DNA from: Nitrososphaera viennensis EN76
GTDB taxonomy: Archaea; Thermoproteota; Nitrososphaeria; Nitrososphaerales; Nitrososphaeraceae
Length of the DNA stretch: 32,000 nucleotides
Direction: 5' to 3'
NCBI RefSeq assembly: GCF_000698785.1
Contig: NZ_CP007536.1
Coordinates: 2,280,001-2,312,000, forward strand
Of the stretch, positions 9,041 through 15,986 are shown in pieces; within the stretch, counting starts at the first letter, position 1, and each line of letters starts with the position of its first letter. Position numbers and translations under genes: made by a program. The notes below the pieces were generated by a model. It worked only from the letters and a program-made list of their open reading frames with translations, was not told the DNA's origin and made no database searches.

Positions 9041-9088
9041 TCTGAACCTTCCTTTTTTTGCTAGGACAACTTCCAACTTGGACAGCCC

Positions 9089-9145
9089 GTACTGTAACGT
9101 CTCCGGCTCATCTGCCACTTGGATGAGACTATAACGTTACAGCGC
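9089..9145. repeat. 57-bp direct repeat, right copy (nested hairpin)
   Basis: GTACTGTAACGTCTCCGGCTCATCTGCCACTTGGATGAGACTATAACGTTACAGCGC, matching 6369-6425 at 56 of 57 positions. Confidence 0.95.
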
Positions 9146-9203
9146 TATAGATGGCCAATATTTATTAGTTGGTTTGTCCCTTAATCATTAGGTTACTAAC
9201 TAA

Positions 9204-9695
9204 ATGCAAAAGAGCAATCAAGCTAACCTTGGATTGACGGTTAAAAATACTGTTATTATGATGCAAAAGGCATTTGATTTTGATCTCCAAAAGAGCGTGG
9301 GGATCAGCTGGAGTCAAGCAAAAGTGATCATGACGCTTGCGCAAAAGAACGGGATGGCCCAGAAGGAAATTGCAGACGGCATCTGCATCGAGGCCCCGAC
9401 ACTCGTCCCGATAATAGACAAGATGGAGCGTGAAGGGCTAGTCGAGAGGAGGCAGGACGAGGCCGACCGGAGAAACAACAGGGTATACCTTACTGAAAGA
9501 TCGCGGTCGCTTCAACATGCCATAGATGAAAGTATCGCACGGGTACGAAAGGTGGCGTACAAGGGCATAGCAAAAGACGATCTGGACACGACCAGGCACG
9601 TTTTGGACATGATCTCCAAAAACGTCGCCGACTACCTAGAGTCGCAGCAAAAGACCCCTGTCGCAGAGATCCAACAAAAAGCCGCAAGGCAGTGA
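9204..9695 (+). CDS. MarR family transcriptional regulator
   Basis: 163 aa with a winged HTH typical of MarR: SQAKVIMTLAQKNGMAQKEIADGICIEAPTLVPIIDKMEREGLVERRQDEADRRNNRVYLT. Confidence 0.9.
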   Translation: MQKSNQANLGLTVKNTVIMMQKAFDFDLQKSVGISWSQAKVIMTLAQKNGMAQKEIADGICIEAPTLVPIIDKMEREGLVERRQDEADRRNNRVYLTERSRSLQHAIDESIARVRKVAYKGIAKDDLDTTRHVLDMISKNVADYLESQQKTPVAEIQQKAARQ

Positions 9696-9701
9696 TTTTC
9701 C

Positions 9702-11204
9702 GTGGAAAAAGAAAAAAGCCCAAGCCCAGACAAGATCCCGCTTTCTGCGTGGAAGACACTGGCAATTCTCAGCTCCATCGCCACGATGGTGATGTACGCC
9801 GAGACCATGCTGGTGCCGTCACTTCCACACATAATACGCGAGTTCTCGCTTCCCTACAGCATCTCGCCGTGGATATTGACCACATACCTGATAGCCGGCG
9901 CGGTGATGACGCCAATTGCCAGTAGCCTTGCCAACATGCACGGCAAGAAAAAGATACTCTTGTACATAATGCTGGTCTATGGCGCAGGCGTGGTAATTGG
10001 CGGGGTCACAAACGACCTCTACAGCTTTATCGTGGCAAGGGGGATGCAGGGAGTGGGCATGGCAATGTTCCCGCTTGCATTCAGCATAGTAAGGGAGCAG
10101 TTCCCAAGGAGCCGGCTTGCCATAGGCCAGGGCATAATCACGTCCATGTTTGCAAGCGGGTCGATACTGGGCCTGCTCGTGGGCGCAGGGATTTCAGAAG
10201 CATTTGGATGGAGGATGACGTTTCTATCCATAGTGCCCATCACGGCCCTATTGCTAGTTGTCATCATGCGGTCAATACGCGAAGGCCAGATCCACCCGCA
10301 ATGGCAGCCGCAGCAGCAGGGAAACGGCGCCAGCGCCGGCCCTCCAGCAGTAGGAGTGGAGCCAAAGCCGTCGCTTGACATCTATGGCGCAGTTGCGCTT
10401 GCCATAGTGATAACGTCGTTCCTGCTCCTCCTCACATATCTCAGGCCCGACGCCGGCGGAGGCAGCAGCATGCCAATGTTGCTTGCAGTATCTGGAGTCT
10501 GCGCTGCTTCCTTTGCGGCATTCGTGCTCATAGAACGTCGGGCCACGCACCCGGTTGTAGATTACCACATCTTCAAGAACAGGACGCTGCTCTTGGCAAA
10601 CGTCATGATAATAGTCATCGGCTTTTCGATGTTCATGGTGTTCCAGACCATCCCGATACTTGCGGAGAGCCCCGAGCCGATAGGCTTTGGCGCGGACGTT
10701 ACAGAGGCGGCAACCATACAGCTTCCATTCGCAGTAATCCTTCTGGTGTTTGGGCCGACCTCCGGGTTTATCGTGTCAAAGATGGGCTCGATACGTCCTG
10801 CGATAATCGGTAGCGCCGTCAACGTCCTTGGCTTTGTACTTCTCGCCTCGTTCCATTCACTTCCTTGGATGGTGTCTGTGAGCCTCGGGATAATCTCTAC
10901 CGGCCTATCGCTTGGCAGCGTAGGCATAATGAACATAATACTGTTGAACACGCCCCAGCGCCAGATGGTATCATCGCTTGGCAACACTACGCTCTTGAGA
11001 ATAGTCGGAAGCTCGGTCGGGCCTGCCATGGCCGGGGTGCTTATGCAGACCCACCTTGTGGCCGCAGACGGGTTTTCTGGCACCTTTCCTGCGCCAGAGA
11101 CCTACACGATGATATTTGTCGGCGCCGCGATTCTGGCAACGCTGTCGGTAGTGATGTCTGTACTCTTGAGAAAATCGATTCCCGTATCGCTGCGCACTGC
11201 CTGA
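9702..11204 (+). CDS. MFS transporter, 14-TMS drug:H+ antiporter (DHA2/EmrB-like) type
   Basis: 500 aa with many TM helices and a central Q/P-rich loop. The GTG start lies 6 nt after the marR stop, so the two are probably co-transcribed. Confidence 0.88.
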   Translation: MEKEKSPSPDKIPLSAWKTLAILSSIATMVMYAETMLVPSLPHIIREFSLPYSISPWILTTYLIAGAVMTPIASSLANMHGKKKILLYIMLVYGAGVVIGGVTNDLYSFIVARGMQGVGMAMFPLAFSIVREQFPRSRLAIGQGIITSMFASGSILGLLVGAGISEAFGWRMTFLSIVPITALLLVVIMRSIREGQIHPQWQPQQQGNGASAGPPAVGVEPKPSLDIYGAVALAIVITSFLLLLTYLRPDAGGGSSMPMLLAVSGVCAASFAAFVLIERRATHPVVDYHIFKNRTLLLANVMIIVIGFSMFMVFQTIPILAESPEPIGFGADVTEAATIQLPFAVILLVFGPTSGFIVSKMGSIRPAIIGSAVNVLGFVLLASFHSLPWMVSVSLGIISTGLSLGSVGIMNIILLNTPQRQMVSSLGNTTLLRIVGSSVGPAMAGVLMQTHLVAADGFSGTFPAPETYTMIFVGAAILATLSVVMSVLLRKSIPVSLRTA

Positions 11205-11255
11205 CACACACAAGATCCATGTGGATTTATAAGATTATGACGCGAATATTGCACT

Positions 11256-12320
11256 ATGCAGAGCGAGGTCCCCGGCAGGGACGCAGAGCTTGGCGTTGCA
11301 CTGCCAAATGGCAGGGTGAGGTGCACGGCGTGCGCCCGCTACTGCGAGATACCTGAGGGAAAGACCGGCCTGTGCGGCGTCCGGGGAGTCGTCAACAACA
11401 GGTTGCGGCTGTTTGTGTACGGCCGGGTGATTGCAGGCAATATCGATCCGATAGAGAAAAAGCCCGTTACCCATTACCAGCCGGGCTCGTCGATATTTTC
11501 AATCGCGACAACCGGCTGTAATTGGTTATGCCAGTACTGCCAGAACTATGACATTTCGCAGCGGAGAAAGGTAGAGGGGACGGAAATGACGCCAGAGCAG
11601 GTTGTGCAGGCCGCAGAGCTGCAGGGCGCGCAGGGGATGGCCTACACGTACAACGAGCCATCAATATTCATCGAGTTTGCCCGCGACTGCGGGATTGAAG
11701 CGCACAAGCGGGGCATATTCAACATCTTTGTGTCAAATGGCTACGACACGCCCGAGTCCGTGAATGAAATGTCCAAGTTCCTCGACTGCATTACCGTCGA
11801 CTTCAAGGGTTCGGGCAAGCAAGAGTTTGTCAGGCGCTACATCGGCATCCCAAGCGCAGACCCGATATTTCAGACGCTCAAAGAGATAAAAAACAAGACG
11901 AAAATCCACGTCGAAGTCACGGACCTGATAGTGCCAAGGGTGGGCGACGACCTGGAGCAGGCAAAGAAGCTGTGCAGGTTTGTACGCGACGAGCTTGGGC
12001 CTGACACGCCGGTCCATTTCCTGCGCTTCCACCCAGACTACAAGATGATGGAGTTTGGGCTGACGCCTGTAGAGACGCTTGAAAAACACTACCAGGTCGC
12101 AAAAAACGAGGGCTTGACCTATGCATACCTTGGAAACGTGCCTGGACACCCCCTCGAGGACACGTACTGCCCCGGCTGCAACGCCGTTGCAATCGGGCGC
12201 TATGGCTTTTACGTCGACGAATGGAACCTTGATGCAGACAACCGCTGCAAAACTTGCGGCTACAATCTTCCAATAGTGGGCAGCCTGCACAAGCAGAAGC
12301 GGCGCTTCCAGTTTGTATAG
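11256..12320 (+). CDS. AmmeMemoRadiSam-system-type radical SAM enzyme (PFL-activase-like)
   Basis: N-terminal Cys cluster (RCTACARYCEIPEGKTGLCGVR) followed by the radical SAM motif CNWLCQYCQN. There is a C-terminal CPGC...CKTC zinc ribbon. The architecture is as I recall for the AmmeMemoRadiSam family. Confidence 0.8.
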   Translation: MQSEVPGRDAELGVALPNGRVRCTACARYCEIPEGKTGLCGVRGVVNNRLRLFVYGRVIAGNIDPIEKKPVTHYQPGSSIFSIATTGCNWLCQYCQNYDISQRRKVEGTEMTPEQVVQAAELQGAQGMAYTYNEPSIFIEFARDCGIEAHKRGIFNIFVSNGYDTPESVNEMSKFLDCITVDFKGSGKQEFVRRYIGIPSADPIFQTLKEIKNKTKIHVEVTDLIVPRVGDDLEQAKKLCRFVRDELGPDTPVHFLRFHPDYKMMEFGLTPVETLEKHYQVAKNEGLTYAYLGNVPGHPLEDTYCPGCNAVAIGRYGFYVDEWNLDADNRCKTCGYNLPIVGSLHKQKRRFQFV

Positions 12321-12351
12321 GTTAAAATTGCGCTTGCCGCCCGCAGTCTGC

Positions 12352-12426
12352 GGGGTCGTTGTCTAGCTTGGTTAGGATGCCAGCCTTGGGCGCTGGAGGT
12401 CGCTGGTTCGAATCCGGCCGACCCCA
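12352..12426 (+). tRNA. tRNA-Pro: tRNA-Pro (anticodon UGG)
   Basis: Cloverleaf folded by hand. Acceptor stem GGGGTCG/CGACCCC. Anticodon stem CCAGC/GCTGG with loop CTTGGGC (U33, UGG, G37). T arm GCTGG-TTCGAAT-CCGGC. Discriminator A. No encoded CCA. An oligo-T tract follows. Confidence 0.92.
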
Positions 12427-12539
12427 TTTTTCTGCTTGAAAATACTGATAATATCGTGGTGCCTAGTAGCGACCCGCCCTGCCTGCCGCTGGTACAAGCT
12501 TTTTTTGTTCTCTCTTCTTTTCTGCCGCTGCTAGCCTGA

Positions 12540-12665
12540 TTCAGCAGGACGCCCTTCCTGTGCCTCTGGACCGCGTCCCCTTCTTGCCCTTGTCGCAAAC
12601 AGCACCCCGACGAGGAACACAAAGATGCCTATGGTGATGGCGTACGTGCTCATTGCGTCAGCCAT
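12540..12665 (-). CDS. Candidate 41-aa single-TM protein downstream of amoA (not in the ORF track)
   Basis: Hand translation gives MADAMSTYAITIGIFVFLVGVLVCDKGKKGTRSRGTGRASC: one TM helix plus a basic tail. A CTTTATC TATA-like box (complement of 12691-12697) lies 26 nt upstream of the ATG. Caveats: no clear oligo-T terminator, and a competing 41-aa ORF exists on the plus strand (12625-12750). Confidence 0.3.
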
Positions 12666-12760
12666 GCTGTTCAATCAGGCGATCGTCGAAGATAAAGTTG
12701 TCGATGAGTGCCGAATTCCAAGAAGTGTTATAGCATGTGCTAGGTTGTGATAAATAAAAT

Positions 12761-12785
12761 GAGAAAAAGAAAGGAAAAGGGGAGG
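12761..12785 (-). terminator. Polypyrimidine/oligo-T terminator after amoA
   Basis: The minus strand reads CCTCCCCTTTTCCTTTCTTTTTCTC immediately after the amoA stop codon (12787-12789). It shares a 16-mer with the tract at 13990-14005. Confidence 0.5.
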
Positions 12786-12786
12786 T

Positions 12787-13437
12787 TTAGTCCCACTTGC
12801 TCCACGCGGCCATCCATCTGTATGTCCACGTGTTAAGTTTCGCACCCAACGCAGTCATGGGTACTGTTAGCACTGCACTAGCGCCAGAACCTAGCGCCAC
12901 AGGCGAGTTGTAAAACTTACCTACCTGGGGCTCTATAGGCGTCATGTATGCAGGCAGCGTCGGTCTCGGATACTTGAAGGCTACCTCAAGCGGGTCCCTG
13001 ACGAGCAACAGGTTGACCATGTTGAACAGCGGGAAGGATAGGCCAACCAGCGTGCCGCCAATGATGATGACAGCGTGCTTGTTGCGTCTTGTCGCCCAGT
13101 ACGTGAGGTCCAACAGCATTGCCGACGGAATCCACACTGGCACCACGATGAAGTCGTATGGATAGCCAAGTGCAAACCATGCACCCTTTGCGACCCATGT
13201 GTAGATAGTCATGATTGTGGCGTAGTATGTGGCTGTACCCGGAACGCCTGTGAACAACATGTAGTATACCGCACCCACAGCGAGCATCGTCGACTGTGAC
13301 ACGGAGAATACTACGAAGGATGTCCACATCCAGTCTGTGTAGAAGATGTAGTCTCCTGCGTTGATGGTTAGCAGCGTGCTGTTGACAGCAACGACTACTA
13401 TGAATATGTAGTGCGTTGTACGTCTAAGCCAGACCAT
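12787..13437 (-). CDS. amoA: Archaeal ammonia monooxygenase subunit A
   Basis: 216 aa. MVWLRRTTHYIFIVVVAVNSTLLTINAGDYIFYTDW...GVPGTATYYA...KGAWFALGYPYDFIV...KYPRPTLPAYMTPIEPQVGKFYNSPVALG is near-collinear with the thaumarchaeal AmoA sequences I recall. Confidence 0.97.
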   Translation of the reverse strand: MVWLRRTTHYIFIVVVAVNSTLLTINAGDYIFYTDWMWTSFVVFSVSQSTMLAVGAVYYMLFTGVPGTATYYATIMTIYTWVAKGAWFALGYPYDFIVVPVWIPSAMLLDLTYWATRRNKHAVIIIGGTLVGLSFPLFNMVNLLLVRDPLEVAFKYPRPTLPAYMTPIEPQVGKFYNSPVALGSGASAVLTVPMTALGAKLNTWTYRWMAAWSKWD

Positions 13438-13460
13438 TGGAAACCATGACAGAATGCTTG

Positions 13461-13468
13461 TATTTAAG
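13461..13468 (-). promoter_or_regulatory. TATA-like box of amoA
   Basis: The minus strand reads CTTAAATA. Its proximal edge is 24 nt upstream of the amoA ATG (13437), which suggests a leaderless or very short-leader mRNA. Confidence 0.4.
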
Positions 13469-13490
13469 ATTTACCATTGTCAAAAATCTT

Positions 13491-13505
13491 GTGCGAAATT
13501 CGCAC
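13491..13505. promoter_or_regulatory. Perfect 15-bp palindrome upstream of the amoA promoter
   Basis: GTGCGAA-A-TTCGCAC with 7-bp perfect arms. It lies 54-68 nt upstream of the amoA ATG and about 23 bp upstream of the TATA-like box. Confidence 0.4.
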
Positions 13506-13566
13506 ATACTCTCCGATTTGTAGAAGACATGACCTGAATAAAGCCTACTGTACGCAGAGGGATGGC

Positions 13567-13589
13567 GAAAAAGAAAAAGAGAAAAAAGG
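13567..13589 (-). terminator. Oligo-T terminator after amoX
   Basis: The minus strand reads CCTTTTTTCTCTTTTTCTTTTTC, starting 6 nt after the amoX stop. Confidence 0.5.
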
Positions 13590-13594
13590 CTTCC

Positions 13595-13903
13595 TTAAGC
13601 CCTTACCGTCTTCTCGCCCGTGATCTTCATGATGAAGAAGAATCCGAGGGCTTCGATTACGGTCAGAACGGATAGTGCGTATAATCCGCTAGGCAACGGG
13701 TATGCCCATGGGTAGACCGTGATGCCTACGTAAACACCGCCCGCAGTTGCAGCCCAGCACAGCGCAAAGCCCAGAATGTAAATCCCCTTCATGTTTTCGA
13801 CTCTGCGGCCGATCATGCGTTCGATGTCGTCACGGCTCTCGCCGCCGCCTCCACCGCTACCACCCTTACGTCCACCACTTCCATATCCCTTTGGTAGAGT
13901 CAT
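13595..13903 (-). CDS. amoX: Small two-TM membrane protein linked to amoA (AmoX-like)
   Basis: 102 aa with a Gly-rich N-terminus followed by two TM helices. It occupies the position directly upstream of amoA that the conserved amoX ORF holds in ammonia-oxidising archaea. The call rests on position and topology, not on an alignment. Confidence 0.65.
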   Translation of the reverse strand: MTLPKGYGSGGRKGGSGGGGGESRDDIERMIGRRVENMKGIYILGFALCWAATAGGVYVGITVYPWAYPLPSGLYALSVLTVIEALGFFFIMKITGEKTVRA

Positions 13904-13989
13904 TCTGCTATAGAATTAGGGCATGCCTTTTTAAATTTTGCTGTTGGCAGGTATGGCAAGGCCAGCTTGCGCGGATTTCGTATGTGTGT

Positions 13990-14033
13990 GAAAAAGAAAG
14001 GAAAAAGGGGGGAGGAAAAAGGGAGAAGGGGGG
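13990..14033 (-). terminator. Polypyrimidine/oligo-T terminator after the PEF-CTERM gene
   Basis: The minus strand reads CCCCCCTTCTCCCTTTTTCCTCCCCCCTTTTTCCTTTCTTTTTC. It contains the same CCTTTCTTTTTC core seen after amoA. Confidence 0.5.
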
Positions 14034-14042
14034 TTTGTTTGG

Positions 14043-15212
14043 CTAGAGCGCGTTGTTTCTTCCGCCAAACATGCTTCCCATGTTGCCCTTGAACCTGGTC
14101 ATGGCCACGATGAATGCAACCGCTATTGCGGCGATTATCGCTGCACTTACCGGGAACTCGGGCACGACTACTACGTTAAAGTCCGCTTCCTCTGTAAACG
14201 CGCCGGTGCTGACTCCACTCACCGAGTTGAGAATCACGCTGATGCTGACCGGTCCTCCGTCGCCCATCTTGACCGTCTGGGTTCCTGACGAACTAGAGCC
14301 TGTAAACGCGTTCTTTTTGTCGTAAATGACATTTCCGCTCTTGTCCGTCACGGTAAAGTCATAGCTGACCCTCTGAAGCCCCTGTCCGTTATTATCTGCA
14401 AAGCTGACGGTGAACGTCGTGTTGCCATTTGGCTGTATGTCGACCGGGTTCCAGCTCAGAGTCACGTCATAGGTTCCGCGCCGCGTGGACTGCTGGAGCG
14501 GGGGCTGCGGGATCTCTTCGACTGACTGTGGAGCCGGCGGCTGGCCCGTGCCTGTCGCAAGCAGTTCATACTTGAACTGGGTCGGCGGCTGGCCTGATGC
14601 CACCTCTACAAACGTCTCTGCCTTGACCGGGAACGGGAATTCGTTGAGTATCCACATCTTGTTGTCCACGCCCTTGTGCCATCCCACCACTGTCGTGTCA
14701 TACGTGCCTGCTGGCACCGTGACCTGTTGTGACCCCTGCGGCTTGAGCTCTTCTCCACCTATTGCAGCTATCTTGCCCCACGAGCCGGCTTTGAGCGAAA
14801 GGGGCTTTGATACCGATGTGAACGCTTCGAGCCACTGGAGCGAGCGGCCATAGCCTCCGACGAAAACCCTCATGTCGTCCGGCACCTGCGACCCTCCGCC
14901 GAGGGCTGCAAGGTTGTCTCCAAGTATGAGCGTGCCATTAAAGACCTCTCCTTTGTATTCAACAAACGTCGGCGCCACCCAGTTGCCGTCGGCATTCTTT
15001 TCCTTGAAGTAGATCGTCATGTCAAACGGCGCGCCGTTGTTGGTGTCATATTCCTGTATCCTGTATTTTACATACATGTCCTGTTTGGCGCCTTCGCCTA
15101 CATACCAGAGGTCGTCGACCGCGTAAGCGCTCTTGACGCTCATAACACTGGTCAGGACTCCGAAAACCAGTACTGCAGCTATCGCCGAGAAGGCGAAATA
15201 CCTGGACTCCAT
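14043..15212 (-). CDS. Secreted PEF-CTERM protein (signal peptide, two extracellular domains, archaeosortase-type anchor)
   Basis: I chose the start at the ATG at 15212 (MESRYFAFSAIAAVLVFGVLTSVMSVKSAYA, a signal peptide). The 93 codons upstream of it in the ORF track overlap a plus-strand ORF and a promoter-like AT-rich region. A Pro/Gln linker (GQPPAPQSVEEIPQPPLQQ) precedes a beta-rich domain. The C-terminus VVVVPEFPVSAAIIAAIAVAFIVAMTRFK is a PEF motif, a TM helix and basic residues. Confidence 0.8.
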   Translation of the reverse strand: MESRYFAFSAIAAVLVFGVLTSVMSVKSAYAVDDLWYVGEGAKQDMYVKYRIQEYDTNNGAPFDMTIYFKEKNADGNWVAPTFVEYKGEVFNGTLILGDNLAALGGGSQVPDDMRVFVGGYGRSLQWLEAFTSVSKPLSLKAGSWGKIAAIGGEELKPQGSQQVTVPAGTYDTTVVGWHKGVDNKMWILNEFPFPVKAETFVEVASGQPPTQFKYELLATGTGQPPAPQSVEEIPQPPLQQSTRRGTYDVTLSWNPVDIQPNGNTTFTVSFADNNGQGLQRVSYDFTVTDKSGNVIYDKKNAFTGSSSSGTQTVKMGDGGPVSISVILNSVSGVSTGAFTEEADFNVVVVPEFPVSAAIIAAIAVAFIVAMTRFKGNMGSMFGGRNNAL

Positions 15213-15335
15213 TATAATGGAAGTAAAATTTGCAACCTGATAAATGTTTATTTTTAGCCTCTTGCCCGCCGCTTTGCGGCGGCGACGATAAATAAATAAG
15301 TGGAGCACTTCAAGACAGATGCAGCAGAGAGACAT

Positions 15336-15497
15336 ATGTGCAAATGTGCCAAGGTCACGTTCTATGAAGTAGAGTTCAAGCTCTCGGGGTTGAGGGTCAT
15401 CCCGACGCACAAGAACTGCGGCGAGGGGCTGAACGACGACCAGTTCAACTCGTTCGAGAAGGAGCTCGTCAAGTACTGGGGCTTTGAGCAAAAGTAG
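15336..15497 (+). CDS. Small Cys-containing hypothetical protein (53 aa)
   Basis: MCKCAKVTFYEVEFKLSGLRVIPTHKNCGEG... An ATAAATAAATAAG TATA-like stretch at 15285-15299 precedes it. The GTG at 15300 given in the ORF track would sit inside the promoter. Confidence 0.4.
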   Translation: MCKCAKVTFYEVEFKLSGLRVIPTHKNCGEGLNDDQFNSFEKELVKYWGFEQK

Positions 15498-15628
15498 TGT
15501 GCTTCTTCTCTATTTATATTTGAAATTCTGTCACTGTTTAAATGCTCCAATAGCTGCCCTTGGCTCATATACGCCAACTTTATTAATGCCGGAGCAAAAT
15601 GCGTCCTTGGTGGTTTTGAGTGACCAAA

Positions 15629-15874
15629 ATGTATAGCGTAACGATCGAAACGACAGGCGTGGATGCAGCTGAAGCCAAGGACTGGGCAAACGAGCTCGCA
15701 AACGTGTATGCCGATATGGCAGTTTCGGACGTAAACGTCTCTGGCAACAAGATCTCATTCAAGGCTGGGATGACCGGCATGGATGACACCGAGCCGGACG
15801 ACATCAAGATGAAGCTTGATGAGTACGTCACGATGCACGAGGCGTTCAGCGTCAAGAAAATAGACATCCGCTAG
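15629..15874 (+). CDS. Small acidic hypothetical protein (81 aa)
   Basis: An ORF with even codon usage, followed by CCTTTTTTCTTGTTTTC (15886-15902). I recognise no family. Confidence 0.5.
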   Translation: MYSVTIETTGVDAAEAKDWANELANVYADMAVSDVNVSGNKISFKAGMTGMDDTEPDDIKMKLDEYVTMHEAFSVKKIDIR

Positions 15875-15986
15875 GCCAATTCCGGCCTTTTTTCTTGTTT
15901 TCATTCTCCACCGATGCATACAAATCATAACCGATTGTTACTAATATAGAAATAGAAATTTTGCAAAGTGTGGGGGTAATCAACAC

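Noticed and set aside
12260-12622. A 120-aa minus-strand ORF spanning the tRNA-Pro locus.
   Set aside because: It runs antisense through a well-folded tRNA gene and the 3' end of the radical SAM gene, and its product is basic low-complexity sequence.
12761-14036. Purine-rich tracts (GAAAAAGAAAGGAAAAGGGG...) considered as microsatellites, CRISPR-like repeats or G-quadruplex elements.
   Set aside because: Each tract sits immediately after a minus-strand stop codon and reads as oligo-T/polypyrimidine on the transcribed strand. They are best explained as archaeal terminators. No spacer-repeat periodicity is present.
14043-15212. The possibility that the gene next to amoX is amoB.
   Set aside because: The sequence shows none of the AmoB/PmoB features I recall. 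It carries a PEF-CTERM anchor and a Pro/Gln linker instead. It is called a PEF-CTERM surface protein.
15213-15491. A 93-codon N-terminal extension of the PEF-CTERM protein ORF (the ORF track gives 14043-15491).
   Set aside because: The extension has no signal peptide and overlaps a plus-strand small ORF and AT-rich promoter-like DNA. The internal ATG at 15212 yields a textbook signal peptide with a TATA-like box 27 nt upstream.
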